A stretch of 64,000 nucleotides of DNA from an uncultured Bacilli bacterium (GTDB lineage: Bacteria; Bacillota_I; Bacilli_A; RF39; UBA660): positions 728-64,727 of the forward strand of contig CAKOXI010000002.1 in assembly GCA_934130045.1 (NCBI GenBank). Reading direction: 5' to 3'. Shown here in pieces: positions 1-9,951 of the stretch (positions are counted from its first letter, which is position 1; the number at the start of each line of letters is the position of its first letter). Under the pieces are notes generated by a model that was given only the letters and a program-made list of their open reading frames with translations, did no database searches and was not told where the DNA came from. The translations under genes and the position numbers were made by a program.

Positions 1-75
1 AGAAGTTTTTTGCTATAGAATTAGATTATATTATATTGTATAATTAAAAAGTCAAAAATAGATGGGAGATATAAA

Positions 76-846
76 ATGGAAAAAATTAGAGTATTAATGA
101 TTGATGATAATGTTAATTTAGTAAATATGGTTAAGGAATTTTTTTCAAGTCATTCTATAATAGATATTGTACTTTCTGCCTATGATGGAGAAAGTGGTAT
201 TGAGGTTATTCAAAATAATTTGGATAAATATGATGTTATTGTATTAGATTTAATTATGCCTAAAAAAGATGGTATGTATGTTTTAGATGAAATGCATGCA
301 CGTGGAATTGATAAGAAGGTAATTGTAGCAACAAGTTATAATGCTCCTGATGTAATAAGAGAGGTTTCAGAAATGGGAGTAAATTATTTTATATTAAAAC
401 CTTTTGAACTTTCTGATTTAGAAAAAAGAATTATTGAATCTGTTAAACCTAAAGATAAAGAAAGTAAAAATATTGATTTTTATCACAATAATTTACAGAT
501 TTCTATAACTAAAATTTTGCACGAATTAGGTATTCCATCACATATTAAGGGATACCAATATATAAGGGAGGCAATTGGAATAATATTTGATCATCCTGAA
601 ACAATTGGTGGTATAACAAAAGAATTATATCCAGAGCTTGCTAATAAATTTGATACAACTGTATCACGAGTAGAGAGAGCAATTCGTCATGCAATTGAAG
701 TTAGTTGGAATCGTGGAAACTGGGATTTAATGGAAGAAATTTTTGGTTTTAGTGTTGATATTGATAAAGCAAAACCAACTAATTCTGAATTTATAGTAAC
801 TATTGCTGATAAGTTAAGATTAGAATTTCATAAAACAAAGTGTTAG
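76..846 (+). CDS. spo0A: Sporulation master response regulator Spo0A
   Basis: N-terminal CheY-like receiver (IRVLMIDDN...[14 protein letters not shown]) plus the Spo0A-specific C-terminal DNA-binding domain ([24 protein letters not shown]...[15 protein letters not shown]). SD gggag lies upstream of the ATG. Confidence 0.9.
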   Translation: MEKIRVLMIDDNVNLVNMVKEFFSSHSIIDIVLSAYDGESGIEVIQNNLDKYDVIVLDLIMPKKDGMYVLDEMHARGIDKKVIVATSYNAPDVIREVSEMGVNYFILKPFELSDLEKRIIESVKPKDKESKNIDFYHNNLQISITKILHELGIPSHIKGYQYIREAIGIIFDHPETIGGITKELYPELANKFDTTVSRVERAIRHAIEVSWNRGNWDLMEEIFGFSVDIDKAKPTNSEFIVTIADKLRLEFHKTKC

Positions 847-862
847 ATAAGGAGATAATTAT

Positions 863-2203
863 TTGAAAAAAAATAATAAAACTATAAAATTGTTTAGTTT
901 TTTATGTTTTATGTTTTTAGTTTCAATAATAGGTATTAAGTTTTATGATAAATTTATGAATAATCCTAAAAAAATATTTATAGATGCAATAAATAGCTTA
1001 ACAAATGATTATAAAAATTTAAATAAGTTAAATAATATTGATTTTTTTAATAGTAATTTTAAACTTGATGGAAATATAGATATTGATATAAAACCAACTT
1101 TATTTAATTATTTAAAATCAAATCAATTAAATGAGCAAATTTTATATATTTTAAATAATCTTGATATAAAATATGATTTACAAAAATATAATAATGAAGT
1201 TTTATTTAATTTAAATGGTATATTGGATAGTAAGGATTTTCTTTTAAGTTATTATTTGAAAGATAATAATCATTATATAAAACTTGATAATTATAGTGAT
1301 AAATATATAAAAATTAATTATTTAATAGATAATTTTAAAGGATTATTTATAAATTTTGATAATACAAATTATGTATTTAATTATGTGTTAAAAAGTTTTG
1401 TTAAAAATTTACAAGATGACTATTTTAATGTTATTGATGATGATTTAGAAATTGATAATAAAAAAATTAGTGTTAAAAAAAATATCTTGGTTTTAGATAA
1501 AAAAAATCTTACTGAGATTATAAATGCGATTATTTCAGATTTAAAAGTTGATGAGAAAAGTTTTGAAATAATTAGTAAATATATATCTATTGATCAATTG
1601 GGTTTAGATATTATTAATAATTTAGATGAAAATATAGTATTTTATTTTAATACATATTCTAGTGATAGTAAATTATTAAAGTATGAGATAGAAATAAATA
1701 ATATAAGTAGTACATTTGGTACAAATATTAATAACTTTGTAATATCTTTTTTTCAAAACGAAATTATAGAATTTTATGCTGATAATAATTTAATTGCAAG
1801 TATTAATTATTATAATGATACGGATAATGATTTAGTTGATATTTATGTTTTTGAAAATAAATTATTGTCGATTAAATTTAACAATTTAGAAAATGAAAAA
1901 TCGGCATCTGTTAAGTTTTATAATGGAGTTGGTAGTGATTTTATATTAGATTTATCTTTTGCAATAGATAAAGATATAGGGAATAATTATAGTAAATTAG
2001 AAAATCAATTACTTTTAGATTTTAATATGTTTGGTTTAAATTTATTTAAATTTAAAATTTTGGATTATATTAATTTTTATATGAATAATACTGGTATAGA
2101 TTTTAATTCAAAAGATTTAGAGGAAAATTTAGATATAACTAGTATTGATTTTAATAAGGTAAAGCAAGTTTTTTGTGATTTTATAAAAATAGAGGAAAAT
2201 TAA
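863..2203 (+). CDS. Hypothetical N-terminally membrane-anchored protein (N/K/I/D-rich), function unknown
   Basis: Long ORF with TTG start 7 nt after SD aaggag. One N-terminal hydrophobic helix (LFSFLCFMFLVSIIGI). No recognisable motifs. Followed by a terminator. Confidence 0.55.
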   Translation: MKKNNKTIKLFSFLCFMFLVSIIGIKFYDKFMNNPKKIFIDAINSLTNDYKNLNKLNNIDFFNSNFKLDGNIDIDIKPTLFNYLKSNQLNEQILYILNNLDIKYDLQKYNNEVLFNLNGILDSKDFLLSYYLKDNNHYIKLDNYSDKYIKINYLIDNFKGLFINFDNTNYVFNYVLKSFVKNLQDDYFNVIDDDLEIDNKKISVKKNILVLDKKNLTEIINAIISDLKVDEKSFEIISKYISIDQLGLDIINNLDENIVFYFNTYSSDSKLLKYEIEINNISSTFGTNINNFVISFFQNEIIEFYADNNLIASINYYNDTDNDLVDIYVFENKLLSIKFNNLENEKSASVKFYNGVGSDFILDLSFAIDKDIGNNYSKLENQLLLDFNMFGLNLFKFKILDYINFYMNNTGIDFNSKDLEENLDITSIDFNKVKQVFCDFIKIEEN

Positions 2204-2221
2204 TTAAGATTTTCCTTTTTT
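2193..2221 (+). terminator. Intrinsic terminator
   Basis: Stem aggaaaat/attttcct with an 8-nt loop, followed by a T-run. It overlaps the stop codon of the 863-2203 ORF. Confidence 0.7.
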
Positions 2222-2295
2222 CACGTAATTTACACCATAATAACACACTTACAACAATATTTTTTATTAAGATTAAATTGTTTAGGAGGTGAAGT

Positions 2296-2991
2296 ATGGA
2301 TATAAATGTTTTTAAAAGAGTTGAAAAAAAATATTTATTAAGTGAAGATTTGTATCAAAAATTATTTGAAAAAATAAATAATTATATTACTGTTGATACT
2401 TATGATTTTAGTACTATATGCAATATTTATTTTGATACAGATGATTATTTACTTGTAAATAGATCGATAGAAAAACCAATATATAAAGAAAAAGTACGTC
2501 TTAGAAGTTATGGTATTCCTAAAAAGAATAGTAAGGTTTTTTTAGAAATCAAGAAAAAATATAAGGGTGTAGTTGGAAAAAGAAGAGTATCTGCACCACT
2601 TAAAGAATTTTATAAATATTTTGATACTGGTAAATATCCTAATGTAGATACACAAATTATGAATGAAATTGATTATTGTTTTAAATTTTATAATTTGAAA
2701 CCAAAAGTTTTTTTAGCTTATGATAGATATTCTTATAAAGGAAAGGATGATTCTAATTTTAGAATTACTTTTGATAAAAATATAAGAAGTAGAACAGATA
2801 ATTTATATTTGGAAAATGGTGATAATGGTATGCTTTTACTAGATAAAAATTGTTATATTATGGAAGTTAAAACTTTAGGTGCGTATCCATTATGGTTTGC
2901 TCAAATTTTATCAGAATTAAACATTTATCCAACATCATTTTCTAAGTATGGAAATGTATATAAAAAACAAATTTTTAAGAAAGAAGGTTAA
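2296..2991 (+). CDS. VTC-domain (polyphosphate-polymerase-like, CYTH-related) protein
   Basis: N-terminus FKRVEKKYLL, plus KEKVRLRSY and EIKKKYKGVVGKRR and the overall length, are typical of bacterial VTC-domain proteins. Strong SD aggaggtg. The downstream DUF4956 partner is the usual neighbour. Confidence 0.7.
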   Translation: MDINVFKRVEKKYLLSEDLYQKLFEKINNYITVDTYDFSTICNIYFDTDDYLLVNRSIEKPIYKEKVRLRSYGIPKKNSKVFLEIKKKYKGVVGKRRVSAPLKEFYKYFDTGKYPNVDTQIMNEIDYCFKFYNLKPKVFLAYDRYSYKGKDDSNFRITFDKNIRSRTDNLYLENGDNGMLLLDKNCYIMEVKTLGAYPLWFAQILSELNIYPTSFSKYGNVYKKQIFKKEG

Positions 2992-2993
2992 TT

Positions 2994-3662
2994 ATGTTTG
3001 AAAGTGTTTTTAGTTCATCAGATTCATTATCAATTACTACAGTTTTATTGTGTTTCTTATTTTCTATTATATTAGGATTTATAATCGCATTTACTCATAT
3101 GAAAACTGGTAAATATACCAAAAATTTTGTTATAACTTTAACTATTTTACCATCCTTAATAGAGTGTGTTATGATTATGGTAAATGGTTCACTTGGAACC
3201 TCTGTTGCGGTACTTGGAGCCTTTAGTTTAGTAAGATTTAGGAGTATTCCAGGTAATTCTAAAGAAATAACTAGTATTTTTTTAGCAATGGCTACTGGTT
3301 TAGCTCTTGGAATGGGACATATTTTATTTGCTATTTTAATAACAATTTTAACTTGTTTAATAATGTTCATCTTATATTCAAGTAAATTTGGAGAAAAAAA
3401 GAATATAAGCAAAATTTTAAAAATTACAATTCCAGAAAATTTAGATTATACAAATGTATTTGATGATATTTTTACTAATTATACAAAATCTATTAAATTA
3501 GAACAGGCAAAAACTACTAATATGGGAAGTATGTATGAACTTAAATATAATGTAGAATTAAAAGATAATGTAAATGAAAAAGAATTTATTGATACATTAA
3601 GATGTAGAAATGGAAATTTAAGTATTTCCTTAACCAATTTGACTTTAGATATGGAGTTATAA
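2994..3662 (+). CDS. DUF4956-family membrane protein
   Basis: Multi-TM N-terminal half with the family-typical LGAFSLVRFRS...EITSIFLAMATGLALG. Tightly coupled to the VTC gene by a 2-nt gap. Confidence 0.7.
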   Translation: MFESVFSSSDSLSITTVLLCFLFSIILGFIIAFTHMKTGKYTKNFVITLTILPSLIECVMIMVNGSLGTSVAVLGAFSLVRFRSIPGNSKEITSIFLAMATGLALGMGHILFAILITILTCLIMFILYSSKFGEKKNISKILKITIPENLDYTNVFDDIFTNYTKSIKLEQAKTTNMGSMYELKYNVELKDNVNEKEFIDTLRCRNGNLSISLTNLTLDMEL

Positions 3663-3663
3663 A

Positions 3664-5607
3664 ATGAAAAAGAAAAAAATAATTATTATAAGTTTAGTTT
3701 TAATTATATTAATTGCTTTATGTATATTATTTATAAGTAAAAATAACAATAATTTAGATAGTGATAATGGTTCTATTAATATAGTTGCTAAGGAAAATAA
3801 TATTGAAGATGTTAGTTTTGAGGGAATGGAAACGGTTTCTATTAATTTATCTAGTACGTTAAAAATAACTGAAGGTGGCATTTATAATTTAACTGGTACT
3901 ATTAGTGATGGTAACATTTATATTGATACAAAAGATAATGTAAAACTTATATTAAATGGAGTTACTATTAATAGTAGTGATGGACCAGCAATTTATATAG
4001 AAAATGCAAATGTTGTTTACATTGAACTTGCTAGTGGTACAGTTAACTATTTAACTGATAGTGAAACATATTCTGATTCAAATATTAATGGTACTTTATT
4101 TAGTAAGGATGATTTAATTATAGGTGGAGACGGTAAATTAGTTGTTGATGCTAATTATGAAGATGGAATTGTATCAAAAGATAACTTAAAAATTGTTAGT
4201 GGAGAATTTGAAATTGAATCAGTTGATAATGGTATTAGAGGTAAAGATTCAGTAGTAATAATGAATGGAAATTTTAAAATTAATGCCAGTGGTGATGCCA
4301 TAAAATCAACAAATGATACTGATTCTAATTTAGGATATATTCTAATTAATGATGGTACTTATGATTTAGAAACTAAATTAGATGGTATTCAAGCTGAAAC
4401 AGATTTGGTTATAAATAATGGTACGTTTAATATTAAAACTAGTGGAAATGATACAGATAGTTCTAAAGGATTAAAAGCAGGTAGTAATTTAATTATAAAT
4501 GATGGTAATTTTGAAATAGATTCTTATGACGACTCAATTCATTCAAATAATTATATAAATATTAAAAATGGAAGTTTTAGTTTAAGTAGTGGTGATGATG
4601 CAATTCACGCTGATAATAAAATAGTTATTGATAATGGGAATATTGATGTTTTAAAAAGTTATGAAGGAATTGAAGCTTTTGAAATTATTATAAATGATGG
4701 TGATATAAATATTGATGCTAGTGATGATGGAATAAATGCAGCTAGTAAATCATCTTCAAATGATAATAATGATTTTTCAAAAAATATGCCTGATGATATG
4801 AAAGATTTGAATAATAAACCAGAAAATATGGAAGATTTTGATCCTAAAGATGGTAATAAACCAGAGGATATGGAAGATTTTGATCCTAAAAATGGTAATA
4901 AACCAAATGGAAATATGGAAAATTTTGATCCTAAAGATGGTAATAGACCAGATAAAAATATGGAAGATTTTGATCCAACAAGTAATGATAAACCAGCTGA
5001 TAATAATATAAAACCTAATTTTGAAGATATAGATGTGAATAATGATTCAGATATAGCTACAATTACTATAAATGGGGGTAATATTTATGTAAATGCAAAT
5101 GGTGATGGTGTTGATGCAAATGGTAGTATTTATATGAATGGTGGTAAGTTAATTATAAATGGTCCTACCGATAATGGTAATGGTGCTTTAGATTATGATA
5201 AAGAATTTAAAATAACAGGTGGTATATTAGTTGCTAGTGGTTCTAGTGGAATGGCACTTAATACTTCAAATAATTCTACTCAAAATTCTATTATGATAAA
5301 TTTTTCTGAGGTTATAAATAGTTCAGAATTAATAAGTATTTTTGACAGTAATAATAATGAAATATTTACATATAGTTCATCTAAAAAATATCAAAATATA
5401 GTTATATCTATACCAGATTTAAAGAAAGGTGAAACCTATACTATATATAAAGGTGGTAGTACAAATTCTATAGAAGACAGTGGTCTATATGAAATTGGAT
5501 CTTATACTGATGGATCTCAGTATGAAGAATTTACTATTGAAAATATTGTTAATTCTATTGGAAATACTAAAAATTCATTTAATCCTATGAATAACCGTAT
5601 GAATTAA
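3664..5607 (+). CDS. Secreted or anchored parallel-beta-helix-like repeat protein (Cthe_2159-type carbohydrate-binding family candidate)
   Basis: N-terminal signal anchor. Many short repeats of the type GDDAIHA / DDSIHSN / GDAIKST / DDGINA / GDGVDANG spaced about 20-25 aa apart, as in beta-helix proteins. An acidic Pro/Asp-rich tandem-repeat linker sits in the middle. Confidence 0.55.
   Translation: MKKKKIIIISLVLIILIALCILFISKNNNNLDSDNGSINIVAKENNIEDVSFEGMETVSINLSSTLKITEGGIYNLTGTISDGNIYIDTKDNVKLILNGVTINSSDGPAIYIENANVVYIELASGTVNYLTDSETYSDSNINGTLFSKDDLIIGGDGKLVVDANYEDGIVSKDNLKIVSGEFEIESVDNGIRGKDSVVIMNGNFKINASGDAIKSTNDTDSNLGYILINDGTYDLETKLDGIQAETDLVINNGTFNIKTSGNDTDSSKGLKAGSNLIINDGNFEIDSYDDSIHSNNYINIKNGSFSLSSGDDAIHADNKIVIDNGNIDVLKSYEGIEAFEIIINDGDINIDASDDGINAASKSSSNDNNDFSKNMPDDMKDLNNKPENMEDFDPKDGNKPEDMEDFDPKNGNKPNGNMENFDPKDGNRPDKNMEDFDPTSNDKPADNNIKPNFEDIDVNNDSDIATITINGGNIYVNANGDGVDANGSIYMNGGKLIINGPTDNGNGALDYDKEFKITGGILVASGSSGMALNTSNNSTQNSIMINFSEVINSSELISIFDSNNNEIFTYSSSKKYQNIVISIPDLKKGETYTIYKGGSTNSIEDSGLYEIGSYTDGSQYEEFTIENIVNSIGNTKNSFNPMNNRMN
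4817..4992 (+). repeat. In-frame tandem repeat, 4 copies of 42-45 nt (about 14-15 aa units, NMEDFDPKDGNKP)
   Basis: Units start at about 4817, 4858, 4900 and 4945. Each contains atggaagattttgatcc(t/a)aa...ggtaat. The repeat lies inside CDS 3664-5607. Confidence 0.85.
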
Positions 5608-5610
5608 GAT

Positions 5611-5636
5611 AAAACTTGCTTTTGCAAGTTTTTTTA
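5611..5636 (+). terminator. Intrinsic terminator
   Basis: Stem aacttgc/gcaagtt, tttt loop, T-run. Confidence 0.8.
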
Positions 5637-5918
5637 TATACTTATTATAATAATTACAAAATATTAGTGTTTTATAAGACGTTATAATTGATAAAGAATA
5701 TTTATTAGAAAATGAATAACCAAAAGAGAGTTTAAAAATAATTATAAATTTAAAATAAATACATATGCAATGTGTAAATGATTTAAAAGTAAAGTTGATG
5801 AAAAATATTGAAAATTTAAGGAGGTATTATTTCTAGAAACGTTTATTGTAGAATTATAGTTGAAAAAAGTTTTGTTTAATGATAGAATTAAAGTGTATTC
5901 ATAAAAGTAGGTGAGTTT

Positions 5919-6161
5919 ATGGACGAAACAAGAATTTATGATTCTACTGTTTTTAAAGATGCTTTAGTTGGTAATATTTTGAAAGAGGTTGTAGAAATTT
6001 TATCAGAAAGGGGCTATAATCCAATAAATCAAATTGTAGGATATTTGATGAGTGGCGATCCTGGATATATTTCTAGTTATAAAGATGCTAGAAAGAAAAT
6101 TCAAAGTGTTAATAGGTCTGATTTATTGGCATTATTAGTTAATGAATATTTGCAAAAATGA
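5919..6161 (+). CDS. ireB: IreB-family regulatory phosphoprotein (UPF0297 / YrzL)
   Basis: 80 aa with YNPINQIVGYLMSGDPGYISSYKDAR, characteristic of the family. The conserved ireB-ruvX-DUF1292-mltG order follows. Confidence 0.85.
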   Translation: MDETRIYDSTVFKDALVGNILKEVVEILSERGYNPINQIVGYLMSGDPGYISSYKDARKKIQSVNRSDLLALLVNEYLQK

Positions 6162-6592
6162 GATATTTAGGACTGGATTTAGGAAGTAGAACACTAGGTA
6201 TATCATTAAGTGATATAACGCATACTATTGCTTCGACTTATAAAACAATTCGTTTTAATGAGTCTGATTATGATTCTATATTGCCTGAATTAAAAGAAAT
6301 AGTTAATGAATACAAAGTTTCTAAAATTGTTTTAGGTTTACCTAAAAATATGAATAATACTATTGGTGAAAGAGGCGAGATTTGCCTAAAATTTCAAAAA
6401 AAGTTAATTGATTATTTAAATGTTGAAGTAATTATGCAAGATGAACGTCTTTCGACTGTTGAGGCAACTAATTATATGTTAGATGCTGATATTTCAAGAA
6501 AAAAAAGGAAAAAGAAAGTTGATAGTTTGGCTGCAAACATAATTCTTCAAACATATTTAGATAAAGAAAGAGGGAGAAATAATAATGAATAA
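6158..6592 (+). CDS. ruvX: Holliday junction resolvase-like nuclease RuvX (YqgF)
   Basis: MRYLGLDLGSRTLGISLSD N-terminus, ...LGLPKNMNNTIGER..., DERLSTVEA. Start overlaps the ireB stop (ATGA). Confidence 0.9.
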   Translation: MRYLGLDLGSRTLGISLSDITHTIASTYKTIRFNESDYDSILPELKEIVNEYKVSKIVLGLPKNMNNTIGERGEICLKFQKKLIDYLNVEVIMQDERLSTVEATNYMLDADISRKKRKKKVDSLAANIILQTYLDKERGRNNNE

Positions 6593-6884
6593 TGAAGAAA
6601 GAATGACTTTTAAGGTTAAAAATGATGAAGGTAAGGAAATTGAATGTGAAGCTTTATTTACATTTGAATCAGATGAAACTAAAAAAAATTATATAGTATA
6701 TACTGATAATACTAAAGATGAATCAGGAAATACAAAGGTTTATGCATCAATTTATAATCCAAATGAAGAAAATACAAATTTATTACCTATTGAAACTGAT
6801 AAAGAATGGAAAATAATTGAAACAATTTTATCAGAGTTACAATCACAAGTTAAAGCACAAATGAATAATTCTAATGAGGAATAA
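6585..6884 (+). CDS. DUF1292-domain protein (YrzB-like)
   Basis: About 100 aa and acidic. The pattern EIECEALFTFESDETKKNYIVYTDN and its position between ruvX and mltG match YrzB. Confidence 0.75.
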   Translation: MNNEERMTFKVKNDEGKEIECEALFTFESDETKKNYIVYTDNTKDESGNTKVYASIYNPNEENTNLLPIETDKEWKIIETILSELQSQVKAQMNNSNEE

Positions 6885-6890
6885 AAAAAT

Positions 6891-7973
6891 ATGAAGAAGT
6901 ATACTTATACTGCTTTCTTTATTGCCCTTTTTTTTACTGTTTTGATAATTGTTACTTGCTCAATTTACAAAATAAATATTGCTCCTGTTAGTAAGGATAG
7001 CACTTTAAAGACAATTGAAATTGCGAAGGGTGAAACATATTTATCTATTGCTAGTAAATTAAAGGATAATAATTTGATAAAATCAGAATTTTATTATAAA
7101 TTATATGTTAAATTAATGAATCCTAAAGGATTAGAGGAAGGATTTTATTATTTAAGTGAAGATATGGGCGTTGAAAAAATTATAAAGGTATTATCTGATG
7201 GTAGTGATATAAATGCTAATACAATAAATATAACTTTTTTAGAAGGAAAAAATATGAGAAGTATTGCAAAAGTTATATCTGAAAATACTAATAATACTGA
7301 AGATGATGTTTATAATTTATTGAATGATACCGCTTATTTAGATTCATTAATTGATAAATATTGGTTTTTGACAGATGAAATAAAAGATAGCCGTATTTAT
7401 TATTCACTAGAGGGATATTTATTTCCAGATACTTATCAATTTAAAAATAAAGATGTAACTGTAAAAGAAATATTTGAAACTTTGTTGGATGAGTTAGATA
7501 ATAAATTAACTCCTTATAAAAATGAAATTTTAAATAGCAATTATACAGTTCATCAACTTTTAACACTTGCTTCTATTATTGAATTAGAGGGTGTAAATGT
7601 TGATGATCGTTTTGATGTATCTGGTGTATTTTATAATCGTTTGAATGCTGGTTGGAGTTTAGGTAGTGATGTTACAACTTATTATGCAAGTAAAATTGAT
7701 ATGAGTGAAAGAGATTTAAAAAAATCTGAAATAGATGAATGTAACAATTATAATACTAGAAATCCTTGTATGGCTGGTAAATTGCCAGTTAGTCCAATAT
7801 GTAATCCTGGCATTGAATCAATTGAAGCTGCAATAAATCCAAACCAACATAATTACTATTTCTTTGTTGCTGATAAAAATAAAAAAACATATTTTACTAA
7901 AACTAATGCAGAACATTTGCAAACAATTGCGTCTTTAAAGAGTCAAGGTTTATGGTACGAATATCAGAATTAG
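6891..7973 (+). CDS. mltG: Endolytic murein transglycosylase MltG (YceG family)
   Basis: N-terminal TM helix. Also LEGYLFPDTY, ASIIELEG, GVFYNRL and NTRNPCMAGKLPVSPICNPG, typical of YceG/MltG. Confidence 0.88.
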   Translation: MKKYTYTAFFIALFFTVLIIVTCSIYKINIAPVSKDSTLKTIEIAKGETYLSIASKLKDNNLIKSEFYYKLYVKLMNPKGLEEGFYYLSEDMGVEKIIKVLSDGSDINANTINITFLEGKNMRSIAKVISENTNNTEDDVYNLLNDTAYLDSLIDKYWFLTDEIKDSRIYYSLEGYLFPDTYQFKNKDVTVKEIFETLLDELDNKLTPYKNEILNSNYTVHQLLTLASIIELEGVNVDDRFDVSGVFYNRLNAGWSLGSDVTTYYASKIDMSERDLKKSEIDECNNYNTRNPCMAGKLPVSPICNPGIESIEAAINPNQHNYYFFVADKNKKTYFTKTNAEHLQTIASLKSQGLWYEYQN

Positions 7974-8530
7974 AAAATTATGCTAAAGAAAATAATATAC
8001 CAATTATGATGAAAGATGGTATTGAATTTTTGTGTAATTATATAAAAGAAAATAATATAAAAAATATATTAGAAATTGGTACAGCAATTGGATATTCAGC
8101 AATTAAAATGGCATTGATTGATAGTAGTATTAAAATTACTACAATTGAAAGAGATAAAGAGAGATATAATATTGCTTTAAAAAATGTAAATGATTTTAAT
8201 TTACAAGATCAAATACAAATAATTTTAGGTGATGCTTTAGATATAACTTTATCTGATAAATATGATTTAATATTTATTGATGCGGCAAAAGCTCAATATA
8301 TAAATTTTTTTGAAAAATATAAATTAAATTTAAAACAGGATGGTACAATTGTAAGTGATAATTTATTATTTCATGGGCTTGTTGATGGCAATTGGGATGA
8401 TTTATCACGTAATGTAAGAGGAATTGTTAGAAAAATAAAAAATTATAAAGATTTTTTAGATGAGAATAAGGAATTTAAAACAGTGTATTATCAATTAGGT
8501 GATGGTATAGGAATTTCAAAAAGGCAGTGA
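7952..8530 (+). CDS. Class I SAM-dependent O-methyltransferase (YrrM/TrmR-like)
   Basis: ILEIGTAIGYSAI (SAM motif I), DLIFIDAAKAQY, SDNLLFHG. Position after mltG as in B. subtilis yrrL-yrrM. Confidence 0.8.
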   Translation: MVRISELENYAKENNIPIMMKDGIEFLCNYIKENNIKNILEIGTAIGYSAIKMALIDSSIKITTIERDKERYNIALKNVNDFNLQDQIQIILGDALDITLSDKYDLIFIDAAKAQYINFFEKYKLNLKQDGTIVSDNLLFHGLVDGNWDDLSRNVRGIVRKIKNYKDFLDENKEFKTVYYQLGDGIGISKRQ

Positions 8531-8545
8531 AAACTGCTTTTTTTT
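8523..8545 (+). terminator. Intrinsic terminator
   Basis: Stem gcagt/actgc with GAAA loop and a T8 run. Overlaps the stop of the methyltransferase gene. Confidence 0.65.
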
Positions 8546-8580
8546 GAGTTTTGGTAAAAATAAAACTTGACACAAAAAAA

Positions 8581-8612
8581 TCAGAGAATAAGAAAAACTT
8601 TCTCTGATTTTT
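8581..8612. terminator. Second (tandem, bidirectional-looking) terminator hairpin
   Basis: Stem tcagagaa/ttctctga, flanked by an A7 run upstream and a T5 run downstream. Confidence 0.55.
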
Positions 8613-8704
8613 GCTTTAAAAAAAAGGTAAACACATTCGATATTTGATATAATTTAATTGGTAAATAAAATTATTACTAAACAAAAATAATCGGAGGTGT
8701 TTAC

Positions 8705-8956
8705 ATGAATAATTTAAATATGATGTTAACAATTAATTTAGGACATATAACAATAATAACAGATAATATAAATATAAAAATGTTAACAATAAAAATAATA
8801 TATGCAAGCAAATCATTAAAAGAAAAAGCTATAGTATGGTTAAGTCAAATTGCTAAAGGAATAAAAGAAATATTAATCAATGTACATAATGGTATAAGAG
8901 AATGGAAGAATATAGAAGAAAAGGAAAAATATAAACAATTATCATTAAAATTATAA
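8705..8956 (+). CDS. Orphan hypothetical protein, 83 aa
   Basis: Strong SD ggaggtg 6-7 nt before the ATG and an upstream extended -10-like tgatataat. No recognisable motif. Codon style is rich in A-ending codons (ata/aca/gga). Followed by a weak hairpin at about 8986-9005. Confidence 0.4.
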   Translation: MNNLNMMLTINLGHITIITDNINIKMLTIKIIYASKSLKEKAIVWLSQIAKGIKEILINVHNGIREWKNIEEKEKYKQLSLKL

Positions 8957-9341
8957 CTGTAAAATTAATTTAATAATTTAAAAAAGAACATTTCCAGATG
9001 TTTTGTGTTAGCATGAATAAATTTATAAAAATATAATAAGATTTATAAAAATTTAATTTCTTTTTATAAATTATTGAATTTTTATAATTAAAAAATTGAA
9101 ACTCAAATAAATATTTATATTAAAAATATAAAATATATGTTATACTATTAATAGATTGATTTAATCAATTATTTGTTTTTATAAAATTGGGTTTAACGAT
9201 ATAGAAAAATACAAAACATTTGAAAGTTTTAAGAGGAATATGAGAAAATGAAAAAAACTTAATAAAATAAAAGCAAAAATCTATACAGCTATTATATGAT
9301 ATAAGAACAATGATATATAAGAATTAAGGAGTGTGATTTAT

Positions 9342-9893
9342 ATGGCATTAATAAAATGTGAAGAGTGTGGGAAAGAGTTTAGTGATAAAGCAAATGCTTG
9401 TCCAAATTGTGCCTGTCCAGTAAAAATAGAACCTAAAGTAAAAAATCATAATGAAAATGAATACATTATATCCGAAGCAATTATAAGTAAAAAACTTATT
9501 TTGAAATACGATTTGATTATTGTTGTTGGAGTTTTTATAGTTTTGTTTCTTTTTATGTATGGCTTGTCAAATCAAGCACAGTCGGCATTTATGTTTTCAA
9601 GCTTAATAACATTTTTTCTAATTGTAGTATTAGCAATTGAGGGGTACTTGTTATTGAAAAATAAGTTAATACTTACGAATAAACGTGTCAATGGAAAAAT
9701 ATATGGTATATTAAGTTCAAGTAATATTGACATTCCTATTGATAAAATAAATGCAATAGTTATTACTAAAAAGTTATTTGTTTTTGATGGTATAAGTATT
9801 ATGTCAGCATTTGCACAAACATATCATTTATTATTTGTAGAAAATGCACAAGATTTTAGAGAAAAGGTTATGGAAAAAATTGACACAAAATAA
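9342..9893 (+). CDS. Zinc-ribbon membrane protein with C-terminal bacterial PH-like domain
   Basis: CEECGKEF...CPNCACP zinc ribbon, two TM helices, then LILTNKRVNGKIYG...IDIPIDKINAI (bPH/DUF304-like). The ATG at 9342 follows SD aaggag. The track ORF starts at GTG 9333. Confidence 0.6.
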   Translation: MALIKCEECGKEFSDKANACPNCACPVKIEPKVKNHNENEYIISEAIISKKLILKYDLIIVVGVFIVLFLFMYGLSNQAQSAFMFSSLITFFLIVVLAIEGYLLLKNKLILTNKRVNGKIYGILSSSNIDIPIDKINAIVITKKLFVFDGISIMSAFAQTYHLLFVENAQDFREKVMEKIDTK

Positions 9894-9920
9894 TATTGTT
9901 TGAAGTAATTAAACTATTAA

Positions 9921-9948
9921 AGATATGACAGTTATGCCATATCTTTTT
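9921..9948 (+). terminator. Intrinsic terminator of the 9342-9893 gene
   Basis: Stem agatatg/catatct, 10-nt loop, T5 run. It lies immediately upstream of the intron-like 5' end. Confidence 0.75.
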
Positions 9949-9951
9949 AAT

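Noticed and set aside
3095-3881. Minus-strand ORFs 3095-3412 and 3657-3881 from the track
   Set aside because: They are antisense to well-supported + strand genes (DUF4956 and the beta-helix protein). Their translations are low-complexity I/K/F/L typical of AT-rich antisense frames, and they lack an SD.
8567-8612. A 'ttgaca' followed by a strong hairpin terminator, considered as a tiny sRNA gene
   Set aside because: There is no acceptable -10 element at the right spacing. It is more simply a second, tandem (bidirectional) terminator after the methyltransferase gene.
9018-9135. AT-only direct and inverted repeats (atttataaaaat twice; hairpin 9041-9072), considered as a CRISPR-like or operator array
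   Set aside because: There are only two short copies, with no regular repeat-spacer periodicity. The composition is pure A/T in a spacer where such matches arise by chance.
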